Source of the DNA: Candidatus Thorarchaeota archaeon
GTDB taxonomy: Archaea > Asgardarchaeota > Thorarchaeia > Thorarchaeales > Thorarchaeaceae
Direction of reading: 5' to 3'
DNA: 64,000 nt
NCBI GenBank assembly: GCA_016933575.1
Contig: JAFGAR010000081.1
Span: forward strand, 64,001 to 128,000
Position numbers and translations under genes: made by a program. Shown piece after piece: positions 1 to 9,199 of the stretch (position 1 is its first letter; each line of letters opens with the position of its first letter). The notes beneath the pieces were generated by a model that saw nothing but the letters and a program-made list of their open reading frames with translations, was not told where the DNA came from and did not search any database.

Positions 1-447
1 CGTTCAGTGGTTCGAGTCCAAGAGGTTCTAGAAACTATCCGAATGTGTCGATGGATGTTAGACAATCTGCCAGATGGCCCAATTCGTGAGCGTGTTCGTC
101 CAAAGATTCAACCTAACGAAGTGTTAGCACGATACGAAGCTCCTAGAGGAGAATGTGTGCATTATCTTATCACTGGTGACGGAGCCGGAAATGCATCAGA
201 CAAACCCTACAGAATAAAGGTTCGAGCACCTACTCATGCAAACTGGGTATCCATGTCTGACTGCTTACGTGGTAACCATCTTGCGGATGCTCCCATTATC
301 TTAGCTGCCATTGATCCCTGTTTCAGCTGCACAGACAGAGTCGTTTTAGTTGATGCCAAAGATGAGTCTATACAACTAGTCCCCCTCGATGTAATGCGCG
401 ATAGAGCTAACAAATGGTACTCTGATAATGCAAGGAGAGTTGCTTGA
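1..447 (+). CDS. Group 4 membrane-bound [NiFe]-hydrogenase large subunit, C-terminal part (5' truncated)
   Basis: YEAPRGE, RIKVRAP and the Ni-binding DPCFSC-TDR motif followed by a C-terminal extension; reading frame open from base 1. Confidence 0.9.
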   Translation, partial: RSVVRVQEVLETIRMCRWMLDNLPDGPIRERVRPKIQPNEVLARYEAPRGECVHYLITGDGAGNASDKPYRIKVRAPTHANWVSMSDCLRGNHLADAPIILAAIDPCFSCTDRVVLVDAKDESIQLVPLDVMRDRANKWYSDNARRVA

Positions 448-448
448 G

Positions 449-1537
449 ATGCAAACAATTGTTGATTTTACGCTCTCATTGGTTATTCAAGGTCTCTGGA
501 TCCTAGTATTTCCAGGTATCTTCTTCATCACTTTTCTTGCCCTTCTCTGGGAATGGACAGACAGGAAAATCTATGCTCGTTTACAGAATCGAATGGGTCC
601 GCTTCATACAGGATGGCGTGGTATTCTTCAACCTTTGATGGATTTTCTCAAACTACTTGGGAAAGAGGACCTCACTCCAAGAAAAGCTAACAGGAGAGGA
701 TTTGCAGCAGTTCCGGTTGTAATGCTCGTGATGAGTCTTCTACTGTGTATGTTTTTACCTATTGTTGATATGAACCCTTCAATTGCAGGGATTCAGGGAA
801 TTCTCAGTTTTGAAGGTGATTTGATTCTTATCCTATTCATATCCACTTTGATGGCTTTCACAATCATCTTGGCTGGATATTTCTCATCAAATCCCTTTGG
901 CCAGACTGGTGCTGCTCGTACTGGTATGCTTCTGATTAGTTTCGAGATTCCACTAATTCTCTCAATTATAACTCCAGCTGCATTAACAGGTAGTCTTAGA
1001 GTGAGTACAATTATGAGCACACTTGGCAGTATACCCTCAATTCTTGGTATACACCCAATATTGTTAATGCTTCTTCTAGCTGGGCCTCTTGTCATCTTTT
1101 TGATTGCTATTCAAGCTGAACTTGAACGAATTCCATTTGATGTTAGCCATGCTGAAACTGAGATAGTGCATGGTTGGCAGGTTGAGTTCAGTGGTAAGAA
1201 GTTGGCAATGATTCATCTTGCTGAGGACATCATGTTGGTTTCTGGCGTAGGCCTTGCTGTAACATTGTTTCTTGGAGGTCCATATCTACTGGAGTTCATA
1301 CCACTCCCTATCTTTCAGACCTTTGGCACAGTCATTGCATCATCAATAGTCGGTTGGATATACTATACATTGGTGTTCATGTTCAAGTCCGTGTTAGTTA
1401 TTCTTATTCTGAGTAATGTGCGGACAGTGTTCGGTCGATGGAGAATAGATCAGATTGTGCATGCAGCATGGCGTTACATTGTGCCAATCTCACTCGTCTG
1501 GCTTGTTATGATACAGCTAGTATTAGGAGGTCTCTAA
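449..1537 (+). CDS. NuoH/HycD/EchB-like membrane subunit of energy-converting hydrogenase
   Basis: RKIYARLQNRMGP, GILQPLMDFLKLLGKE, ERIPFDVSHAETEIVHG; multiple TM helices; start moved to ATG 449. Confidence 0.9.
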   Translation: MQTIVDFTLSLVIQGLWILVFPGIFFITFLALLWEWTDRKIYARLQNRMGPLHTGWRGILQPLMDFLKLLGKEDLTPRKANRRGFAAVPVVMLVMSLLLCMFLPIVDMNPSIAGIQGILSFEGDLILILFISTLMAFTIILAGYFSSNPFGQTGAARTGMLLISFEIPLILSIITPAALTGSLRVSTIMSTLGSIPSILGIHPILLMLLLAGPLVIFLIAIQAELERIPFDVSHAETEIVHGWQVEFSGKKLAMIHLAEDIMLVSGVGLAVTLFLGGPYLLEFIPLPIFQTFGTVIASSIVGWIYYTLVFMFKSVLVILILSNVRTVFGRWRIDQIVHAAWRYIVPISLVWLVMIQLVLGGL

Positions 1538-1539
1538 TC

Positions 1540-1911
1540 ATGGCACGACTCGGTAAGATGGAACGTGAATTACTCAAAAGTGCATCTTCAAAACAAGCAA
1601 CAGTACTGTACCCGTTCACGAAAGAAGGTCTCAATATTCCTGACGGTCTCAGGGGGAAATGGGTATACAAGAATCCCGATAAATGTACAGGCTGTAAGAT
1701 CTGTGAACGAGTATGTCCATCTGGAGCAATTGAGATGATTGAGTGCAGGCCTAAGGATGTTCAAACAAAGACTGGTTTCCGTCCAGTATGTCACTTTGAT
1801 AGATGTATTCTATGTGGGCAATGCGTTGAGAGCTGCCCTAGAGATGTACTTGCTCTCTCTGGTGAGTTTGAGATGGCTTATCTCAGTCGTGATGACATGG
1901 TCATTGACTAG
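1540..1911 (+). CDS. NuoI/EchF-like 2[4Fe-4S] ferredoxin subunit
   Basis: ATVLYP, CTGCKICERVCP and CILCGQCVESCP; start at ATG 1540. Confidence 0.88.
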   Translation: MARLGKMERELLKSASSKQATVLYPFTKEGLNIPDGLRGKWVYKNPDKCTGCKICERVCPSGAIEMIECRPKDVQTKTGFRPVCHFDRCILCGQCVESCPRDVLALSGEFEMAYLSRDDMVID

Positions 1912-1937
1912 TACCATATAGATGTGTGAAAAAGAAT

Positions 1938-2504
1938 CTAAGCATCTTGAGCGAGTGCTTCTTCACCTGCTTTCATACCAAGTTCCAATGCAAGTAGATT
2001 GCTCTTGAGAAATCTTGGCCACCTCTCTTCTATCCGGGCTTTAAGGCCTTCAATAGAGAGTGCTTTTGTAATGACCGCAAAGGCTCCAAGCATAACCACA
2101 TTCGTTGCCTGTTTGTTGCCCACATCCTTGTCTGCAATCCGTGTTGCTGGAATCTTGTAGACCTTCACACCCTTGGGCAATTTTCCTTCAACTTCTACAA
2201 GGTCTTCATCTAGTATCAGTGTTCCATTCTCTTTGAGACCATCAATATATTCCAGGTATGCTGCTCTGCTAAGCACTACGAATACATCGGGTGCTTGGAC
2301 TTTAGGATAGTCAACCTCTTCATCCGAGATGACAATCTCGCTCTTACTGGCCCCACCACGAGCCTCAGGTCCATAGGACTGTGTCTGAACGACATATTTC
2401 TTGTCATAGAGCGATGCAGTTTCTCCAACAACTACTGCCATCGTTACAACGCCTTGACCGCCAAATCCTCCAATCCTAACCTCATACCTACTCAAGTCAA
2501 TCAC
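1938..2504 (-). CDS. korC: 2-oxoacid:ferredoxin oxidoreductase gamma subunit
   Basis: GFGGQG, QSYGPEARGGAS, NVVMLGA. Confidence 0.9.
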   Translation of the reverse strand: MIDLSRYEVRIGGFGGQGVVTMAVVVGETASLYDKKYVVQTQSYGPEARGGASKSEIVISDEEVDYPKVQAPDVFVVLSRAAYLEYIDGLKENGTLILDEDLVEVEGKLPKGVKVYKIPATRIADKDVGNKQATNVVMLGAFAVITKALSIEGLKARIEERWPRFLKSNLLALELGMKAGEEALAQDA

Positions 2505-3343
2505 CTTTGGGCTTTCTTTTGCATCTCTCTGAGAACTTCTGTGTACTCTGGCTTCTCAATATCCACGAACTCACCACACACAATTCTAGTTGCATAGTCG
2601 AGTTCTGCCTCATGGGGTGGAAGCCCGTTCTGAATTTCTGCTACTTCCAGTAGGTGTCTGTGCATTTCAACACCATCACCAAGCCGATTCATTCGACCAT
2701 ATGCTGTTGGACATGCTCCAATGATCTCAACGAAAGAGAATCCCTTCTTTACTATTCCTTTCTCAATCGATTTTGTTGCACGTCGTGCTTGGACTGCAGT
2801 CCATCTCGCGACAAAAGTTGCTCCTGAGGATGCTGCTAACTTCACTAGATTGAATGGATGCTCAATGTTTCCAATTGGTGCTGGACTTGTCTGTGAGTAT
2901 CGTTCATGTTCGGTTGTAGGCCCGAACTGTCCGCCGGTCATGCCATAGTTGAAGTTGTTAATGCAGATTACCGTCATGTCGATGTTTCGTCTGCATGCAT
3001 GAATCAGGTGATTTCCTCCGATGGCTGCAATATCTCCGTCACCACTGACAACAATGACCTCAAGCTCTGGGTTTGCAATCTTTACACCTTCTGCAAATGC
3101 AATAGCCCTGCCATGCGTAGTGTGATAGGTCCCAGTCTTGAAATAACCTGATGTACGTCCAGTGCATCCTATTCCTGAGATAACGACTGTCTTGTTGAAG
3201 TCAATCCCAAGATTGTCGATTGCTCGTGCGATCATCCCGGTAACAATACCGACGGAACAACCTGAGCAGTAAATCCAAGGCTGACGATCTTCTCTGATGT
3301 ACTTAGCCATTGGATGTTTGAGGACGTGTACAGACTCTGTCAT
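2501..3343 (-). CDS. korB: 2-oxoacid:ferredoxin oxidoreductase beta subunit (TPP-binding)
   Basis: CSGC, SGIGC, HGRA, GDGD...GGNH, NNFNYGMTGGQ. Confidence 0.92.
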   Translation of the reverse strand: MTESVHVLKHPMAKYIREDRQPWIYCSGCSVGIVTGMIARAIDNLGIDFNKTVVISGIGCTGRTSGYFKTGTYHTTHGRAIAFAEGVKIANPELEVIVVSGDGDIAAIGGNHLIHACRRNIDMTVICINNFNYGMTGGQFGPTTEHERYSQTSPAPIGNIEHPFNLVKLAASSGATFVARWTAVQARRATKSIEKGIVKKGFSFVEIIGACPTAYGRMNRLGDGVEMHRHLLEVAEIQNGLPPHEAELDYATRIVCGEFVDIEKPEYTEVLREMQKKAQR

Positions 3344-3792
3344 CGGAGGTACTCCTTATCACGAGTTCGATGCAAACATGATAAAAGGGTTGTTGATGCG
3401 GTTGTCCATTTCAGGATGCAGAATTAACACTGTTAATAGATAACTTACTAATGAATGACCTTAATGGCTAGTACTATACCCTTCCAATCTTGGTGTTTTG
3501 TTTAGAGCTTTTGAAAAATCCCGTCATATCCAAATTGAAGTTATTTATACATTCTAGTGAACGATTGTTGCCTCTAATCCTCAGTCATGACATCATAGTA
3601 GTCGTTACATGATATCCTGTTATCAGTATAGAATGTCTTTCAGGCATTGTTTGTTCAATTAAGCAACCTTGCGAAGCTATATACTGATGATTGTACACCA
3701 TGATATTCAGTATGTATCTCAATTAATTAGATATAACGAATCACTCCCTCCGAAGAAGGCTAATATTCATCCTCCACAAAGACTCCATTAAG

Positions 3793-5385
3793 GTGGGTCA
3801 AATGGCTGGCCATGTAATTGAAGCAATCCTCATCACTGACAAAAACAGTAATCCTCGATTCTACATGCAGCTTGACCCGAGAGCGTTTGGGATGGACCCT
3901 ATCCTTGCATCTAGTTTCTTTACAGCAATAGACATGTTCTCAAAAGAAGTATTCCAGCAGAGTGCTCCTGTCTTCCATGTTGACTATGGGGCTCATATCT
4001 TCACCGTGCTGAATGGTGAGACTGCCCACCTGATTGCTGTTGGTGTCCAACGACTAAACACTGAGATTATTCAGATTCTTGATTCTCTGTTGAACGAGTT
4101 TGAAGATAAATGGCTACCAACTACTCAGATGCTTGATAGTGATGCTCCTTTTGTAGATGCGTACCTAGAACCCTTTGGCGAGAGCGTCATGATGAAGCTC
4201 TCCTTTGATGATCTTCCAGATTCTTGGGTTCCCTATTTCACAGTGGATCCAAATGCTATCGTCACAACAAGTGGTACGCTTGTACCTATCATTAATGGCT
4301 CTCGGAACATGAAAGAAATATTGGACTTGAGTGGTCTCTCAAAACGCGATCTCTACCTTGAGATATCCAAATTGTGGGCTTATAGGGTAATTCGTTTTCG
4401 AAACACCCTTAGCTTCAATGATTTTGTTGCATCACGAATTGAATTCTTCAAATACGTTCAGACGACCTCTCGAGAAACTGAAACTCTACGTAGTATTCAT
4501 CCAAATATGGTCACCATTATTCCAAGACTTGCGGGGTTGATGGATGGTCGAAGAAGTGTTAGAGAGATTCTTGTCCATCTAGGATCTATATACGATGAGC
4601 GTGAAATTCTTCGAGTTCTCGATTATCTACTTGAAAAAGGAGTCATCGAGGCACTCCCCCCAGAGAAACGACGTATCCTCCTCGTGAAAGAAGTTCTTGA
4701 GATGACCCTGCGTATTGCTGAAGAATATCACCAGCAGGAAACAGTAACTAATCTTCTAATTTCTGCAATGACAGCCAGCGAAGCGCCTGAGACCCTTGCC
4801 CAACTACGCCTCTCGGACAATCATTGGTCTGTTGATTTCGATATCAAGATACTAGAGGGTCTCAATAATCGAAGGCTTATGCTAATCTTTGGTGAATGGA
4901 TAAAGATTCTCGCTCAGTTTTCCGCAGGAATTGACCCAAAGAACCTCAACGCATTTGTCACTAAATTGACCAAAGCATTTCACGATAGAATCGCGACTCG
5001 CTTTGCCGGATTTGATCTACGAGGTTTTGAAGAGTACTCTTTCTGGTTAGAGCAATTGACCCATCAAGATATGATTCAGGTCAAGACCATAAGGACTGGG
5101 TCCTTGAAGCCCACTGGAGAGAATCCTGCTGAAGAGATGATTTTCACTTTGGTAACTAGAGGTCAAGCAATATACGGTACAGATCGAATTACGCGAATCT
5201 GTGCAGCAGCCAACATACCACTGATGGATATTCCACCGGATTATTGGGTGGACTGGCAAAAGAATCAGAGCCTTCAGCGCCTGATGTTGGAATATGCAAA
5301 ATTTGGAAGTGCTGCAAAATTCACTCTATTGATTCTTTCAATTCGTCTAGGGATTTCTTTGCCGCAGTCTATCACTTTTGAATAG
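3793..5385 (+). CDS. Longin-domain protein with tandem winged-helix domains (NPRL2/GATOR1-like architecture)
   Basis: N-terminal longin pattern (AILITDKNSNPRFY...LASSFFTAIDMFSKEV...FTVL...HLIAVG); two DG/NG-x-x-[SN]-x-x-EI wHTH segments. Confidence 0.6.
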   Translation: MGQMAGHVIEAILITDKNSNPRFYMQLDPRAFGMDPILASSFFTAIDMFSKEVFQQSAPVFHVDYGAHIFTVLNGETAHLIAVGVQRLNTEIIQILDSLLNEFEDKWLPTTQMLDSDAPFVDAYLEPFGESVMMKLSFDDLPDSWVPYFTVDPNAIVTTSGTLVPIINGSRNMKEILDLSGLSKRDLYLEISKLWAYRVIRFRNTLSFNDFVASRIEFFKYVQTTSRETETLRSIHPNMVTIIPRLAGLMDGRRSVREILVHLGSIYDEREILRVLDYLLEKGVIEALPPEKRRILLVKEVLEMTLRIAEEYHQQETVTNLLISAMTASEAPETLAQLRLSDNHWSVDFDIKILEGLNNRRLMLIFGEWIKILAQFSAGIDPKNLNAFVTKLTKAFHDRIATRFAGFDLRGFEEYSFWLEQLTHQDMIQVKTIRTGSLKPTGENPAEEMIFTLVTRGQAIYGTDRITRICAAANIPLMDIPPDYWVDWQKNQSLQRLMLEYAKFGSAAKFTLLILSIRLGISLPQSITFE

Positions 5386-5468
5386 GAACACTATTCTATC
5401 TTTGTAATGATAACCGTTATCTGATACCAATCACAAGTGTCCAGTATAAGTATGTGAGATGATTTAGA

Positions 5469-5990
5469 ATGAGTCCGACATATCTTCTCAAAGTAGTCAC
5501 CGTTGGATCCGCATCTGTTGGGAAGACAAGTCTCATTATCCGATACTCAACTGGCGTCTTTCGAGAACACTATTCCCCAACTCTTGGAACTGGATTTGCA
5601 TACAAGAAGATGCGGATTGATAACAACCTGGTGAATCTTCAGATCTGGGATTTGGGATCACAGGATTTTCTTGAACGGGTTCGAGCGAATTACTATATTG
5701 GGACCCAAGGAGTCATCTTTCTCTATGATGTTACTTCTTGGGAGTCGCTGAACGATGTAGAAGAATGGAAGAACGAAGTGGATCGCAATGTCGAGGATTA
5801 TCAAGCACTACTGGTGGGCAATAAGGTTGACCTTGTAAATGAACGTGTGGTTCCCATAGAAGAAGGTCTGAAACTTGCTGAACGTTTTGGGATGAAATAT
5901 ATCGAAACTTCTGTACGTGATGACAAGAATGTCAACAAAGCATTCGAAATGATTGCAAGGAGTATCAGCGAGTCGTTGTTCAAGAAATGA
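5469..5990 (+). CDS. Rab-like small GTPase (Ras superfamily)
   Basis: G1 GSASVGKT, G2 YSPTLG, G3 WDLGSQ, G4 GNKVD, G5 ETSV; no C-terminal prenylation cysteines. Confidence 0.92.
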   Translation: MSPTYLLKVVTVGSASVGKTSLIIRYSTGVFREHYSPTLGTGFAYKKMRIDNNLVNLQIWDLGSQDFLERVRANYYIGTQGVIFLYDVTSWESLNDVEEWKNEVDRNVEDYQALLVGNKVDLVNERVVPIEEGLKLAERFGMKYIETSVRDDKNVNKAFEMIARSISESLFKK

Positions 5991-6965
5991 TCAATGGTCA
6001 ACTCCAGAGTAGTAGGGTGATGCGTCGAGAATTCTCTTCATCGCCTGTCCTTTGAAGAGCTTAGCAATGTGTCTTTTCATACCCATCATTGATTTCATTT
6101 CTTCAAGGTACTGATCAAAGGTCCTTGTCTGAAATTTCAAGAGTCTCTGGGATTCTTCCGTATCTAGCCAATCCGTGTAGAAATACTCTTCAGGTTTTGT
6201 GGCAATCTTGAAAGCTGAGTCAGGAGGCATCTCCATACCCATTGCTTCCATGAATTTCGAAAGGAATTCACGTTGTAGCATTTGTCCTGATTTTCCCCCT
6301 CCAATCAGAAGGGTTTTCCCCACAGTATCTGCTTCCACTGCATTAGCGCACGCTAATCCGACATCTCGAGAGTGAACAAATTCAATTCTCTGATCCAATG
6401 GTATTTCAAACAAGATTGGATCAATATTAGTACCCACATTCATTGGAGGCGCTGCAGCAAACCGAAGGATTGTCCAAGGAAGTGAAGACGCTCTAACCAA
6501 TTTTTCGCATTCAATTTTGGTTTCCGTGTAGGTGTCTGTTGCTATAAGTGGATCATTAATAGTTCTCGGTGGTTGGAGATGCATGGTTGGTCCGAATGCT
6601 GATACCGAGCCAGCAAAGATGAACTTTGGAACTTGTTCTTGACCCTCGGCAACCTCGAGCATATTTCGAGTCCCCTCTAGATTCACACCTCTAGCTAGTG
6701 TTGGTTTCTGTTCGGAAAGCGGTGGGATGATACCTGCAAGGTGAATGACGCAATCTACTCCTTCGAAGATTGGCTCCAGATATATTTTTTCTTGAATATC
6801 TCCCCAGACTGTTTCAAACTTGCCTCTTCTACTCAGCTGCTTCTGCTTCTTCTCATTATTCTTTGTAAATAAATCAAAACATCGAATATCATATCCTTTT
6901 GAGAATAATGCTAAGAGTGAACTCTCACCAATATTTCCGAAAGCACCAGTCAATAAAACTCTCAT
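5991..6965 (-). CDS. NAD-dependent epimerase/dehydratase (extended SDR)
   Basis: TGAFGNIG Rossmann motif, VIHLAG, YxxxK (YTETK). Confidence 0.85.
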   Translation of the reverse strand: MRVLLTGAFGNIGESSLLALFSKGYDIRCFDLFTKNNEKKQKQLSRRGKFETVWGDIQEKIYLEPIFEGVDCVIHLAGIIPPLSEQKPTLARGVNLEGTRNMLEVAEGQEQVPKFIFAGSVSAFGPTMHLQPPRTINDPLIATDTYTETKIECEKLVRASSLPWTILRFAAAPPMNVGTNIDPILFEIPLDQRIEFVHSRDVGLACANAVEADTVGKTLLIGGGKSGQMLQREFLSKFMEAMGMEMPPDSAFKIATKPEEYFYTDWLDTEESQRLLKFQTRTFDQYLEEMKSMMGMKRHIAKLFKGQAMKRILDASPYYSGVDH

Positions 6966-7033
6966 AGTTTATGGTAGTAATTTCTTCATCTTAACTTTTA
7001 CCAAAATCAAAGATTGCCTCTTTCGGTGCAGAC

Positions 7034-8170
7034 TCACATTGAATTGATATCTCTGATTTTGTCTAAGATTTCATGGGGTAATTGAGGCATTCCCGCAGGC
7101 TTTGCCATAAGGTGAACTGGAGTCGGAGCAGCAGATGCACGCACCATGTGGTATACTTGTCCCAGATTTTGTTCTGCTACAATAATATGGTCGACCTCAG
7201 TAGCAAGTTCTGCTACTTGCTCGTCTGGAAATGGCCACACAGTCTTTAACCGCAATAAGCCGACTTTGATTCCTTCTTTCCGAGCTTCTTTTATTGCCCT
7301 CTTTGCACTTCTGGATGGTGTGCCATATGATATTACAGCAATCTTAGCATCATCCAATGCAACACGTTCTAAATCTATTATTTTGTCTGCATTGTGTAGG
7401 ATCTTGTTATTGAGTCGAGTAATAAGGTCGATCTGGACTTTCTCCTTATCACTTGGATATCCTCTCTCATCATGAGTCAATCCCGTTGCATAGAACTGAT
7501 ATTTTGACCCGAAAAGTGCCATTGGCGGTACAAGATCATCATCGGGTTTGAAGGGGAGATAGTCTTCTGGGTCCACAGTTGGTATTTTGCGATACTCAAT
7601 CTTCAGGTCTTTCTCATCTGGAATGACAAGTTTCTCTCTCATATGACCAACTGTTTCGTCTGCGAGGACAAAGACAGGTGTACGATATCTCTCAGAAAGA
7701 TTGAATGCCTGTACTGTCTGATCAAACATCTCTTGAACTGATGCTGGGGTCAATGCAATAATCTGGTAATCCCCATGACTTCCCCATTTTGCCTGCATGA
7801 CATCTCCTTGCTGTCCTCTTGTTGGTTGGCCAGTACTTGGTCCACCTCTCATGATGTTCACCAATACCAAAGGTGTTTCAGTCATCACTGCTAGACCAAT
7901 AGCTTCAAGCATTAGACTCACACCCGGTCCAGAGGTTGCAGTCATTGATTTCACTCCGGTCCAAGATGCTCCAATCACACTTGTTATCGATGCTATCTCA
8001 TCCTCATATTGGACGTAGGCTCCACCTACTTCTGGCATCCTCTGGGACATCCATTCAGCTATCTCTGTTGCAGGGGTTATGGGATACCCACCAAAATAAC
8101 GACAACCTGCACTTAGCGCTCCTTCTGCACTGGCAATATCGCCCATTGTGAACATGATCCGTTCAGGCAT
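7034..8170 (-). CDS. korA: 2-oxoacid:ferredoxin oxidoreductase alpha subunit
   Basis: YPITPATE, EDEIAS, ATSGPG, RGGPSTG. Confidence 0.92.
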   Translation of the reverse strand: MPERIMFTMGDIASAEGALSAGCRYFGGYPITPATEIAEWMSQRMPEVGGAYVQYEDEIASITSVIGASWTGVKSMTATSGPGVSLMLEAIGLAVMTETPLVLVNIMRGGPSTGQPTRGQQGDVMQAKWGSHGDYQIIALTPASVQEMFDQTVQAFNLSERYRTPVFVLADETVGHMREKLVIPDEKDLKIEYRKIPTVDPEDYLPFKPDDDLVPPMALFGSKYQFYATGLTHDERGYPSDKEKVQIDLITRLNNKILHNADKIIDLERVALDDAKIAVISYGTPSRSAKRAIKEARKEGIKVGLLRLKTVWPFPDEQVAELATEVDHIIVAEQNLGQVYHMVRASAAPTPVHLMAKPAGMPQLPHEILDKIRDINSM

Positions 8171-8521
8171 CTATTTTGAAGCCTCCTGATTTTTAGACTC
8201 GTTATCAAACTCTGGAATGACAGTTCCTTCTTCAATAGCACCAGTTTTGTATGCATTTTCTGCTTCTTTTCGTTCTGCAAGGAAAATTGCCATGTCTGGG
8301 CAGATACGTTCGCAGAACTCGCAATTCACACAGGCTTCGATATCGCATGCAGTTACAGGATGGTATCCTTTACGATTATAGATATCAGTAAAACAAAGCA
8401 CATTTTTTGGACAGAATTCCACACAGAGACCGCATTCTTTGCACTGCTCCTGCAATATCACGAGAACCTTATCTCTAACTCTCGGTGGTTTTGGTGTAAT
8501 TGGTTTTCGAACCGTAGACAT
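8171..8521 (-). CDS. korD: 2-oxoacid:ferredoxin oxidoreductase delta (ferredoxin) subunit
   Basis: CKECGLCVEFCP and CVNCEFCERICPD; abuts the alpha gene. Confidence 0.85.
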   Translation of the reverse strand: MSTVRKPITPKPPRVRDKVLVILQEQCKECGLCVEFCPKNVLCFTDIYNRKGYHPVTACDIEACVNCEFCERICPDMAIFLAERKEAENAYKTGAIEEGTVIPEFDNESKNQEASK

Positions 8522-8717
8522 GTATGTACTCTCCTGTCTTTTTACAAGAGCTAAGTTCTTCGATAGGCTTGCTCATGCAGTGCATACAGGCATGACCCAT
8601 GGCGAACTAATACCCCTTTTTAGCCTTGCCTTATTGGACCTGACCATTACCACCAGATTAGCAGTCTTTAAGAGTCACTTTTTATTATCTTTAGTCAGGA
8701 TATTGGAGTCGCGGGTC

Positions 8718-9185
8718 TTGACCAACGAGGAGCCTACTGATGAACAATTGGCGGATCTAATTAAAGGCAAGACTCTATCAGTATATTGGTATATGCTCCG
8801 TCATCCTCAACCTATGACCGCAAGAGAAATACAACGTGGAGCTGAACTATCCAGTCCATCTCTGTCGATGCACCATCTTGAACGCTTACGTCAATATGGA
8901 CTTGTGGAGAAGGATGTTCACGGACAGTATAGCATTACAAGGGATGTCCGCATTGGAATATTGAATCAATTCATGGGCCGCGGTCGTCTTATGGTCCCAA
9001 GATTCTTGTTCTATGCTACATTCTATACATCACTTACAGCAGCTCTAGCTACACTTGCGTTTTGGTTCATAGACTGGTATTCTGCTGTCCTTATCATACT
9101 CCTCATATCCATATGTGTTGTCCTGTGGTATGAAGCCCTCAAAGTATGGAGAGAACAACCATTTACAGAAGGTGAAAGAGATTGA
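8718..9185 (+). CDS. Membrane-anchored winged-helix transcriptional regulator
   Basis: wHTH (MTAREIQRGAELSSPSLSMHHLERLRQYGLVEK) followed by two hydrophobic helices; start reassigned to TTG 8718. Confidence 0.7.
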   Translation: MTNEEPTDEQLADLIKGKTLSVYWYMLRHPQPMTAREIQRGAELSSPSLSMHHLERLRQYGLVEKDVHGQYSITRDVRIGILNQFMGRGRLMVPRFLFYATFYTSLTAALATLAFWFIDWYSAVLIILLISICVVLWYEALKVWREQPFTEGERD

Positions 9186-9199
9186 GAGTCGGAAGGAAA

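Noticed and set aside
3680-3716. ATACTGA-TGA...TGA...TCAGTAT stem resembling a C/D box K-loop or SECIS core
   Set aside because: Inner helix too short and no proper D box; compatible with chance in AT-rich DNA
8439-8717. Long N-terminal extensions in the ORF track (8439, 11554, 14835, 20760, 24959 starts)
   Set aside because: They overlap neighbouring genes or promoters; downstream starts match family N-termini
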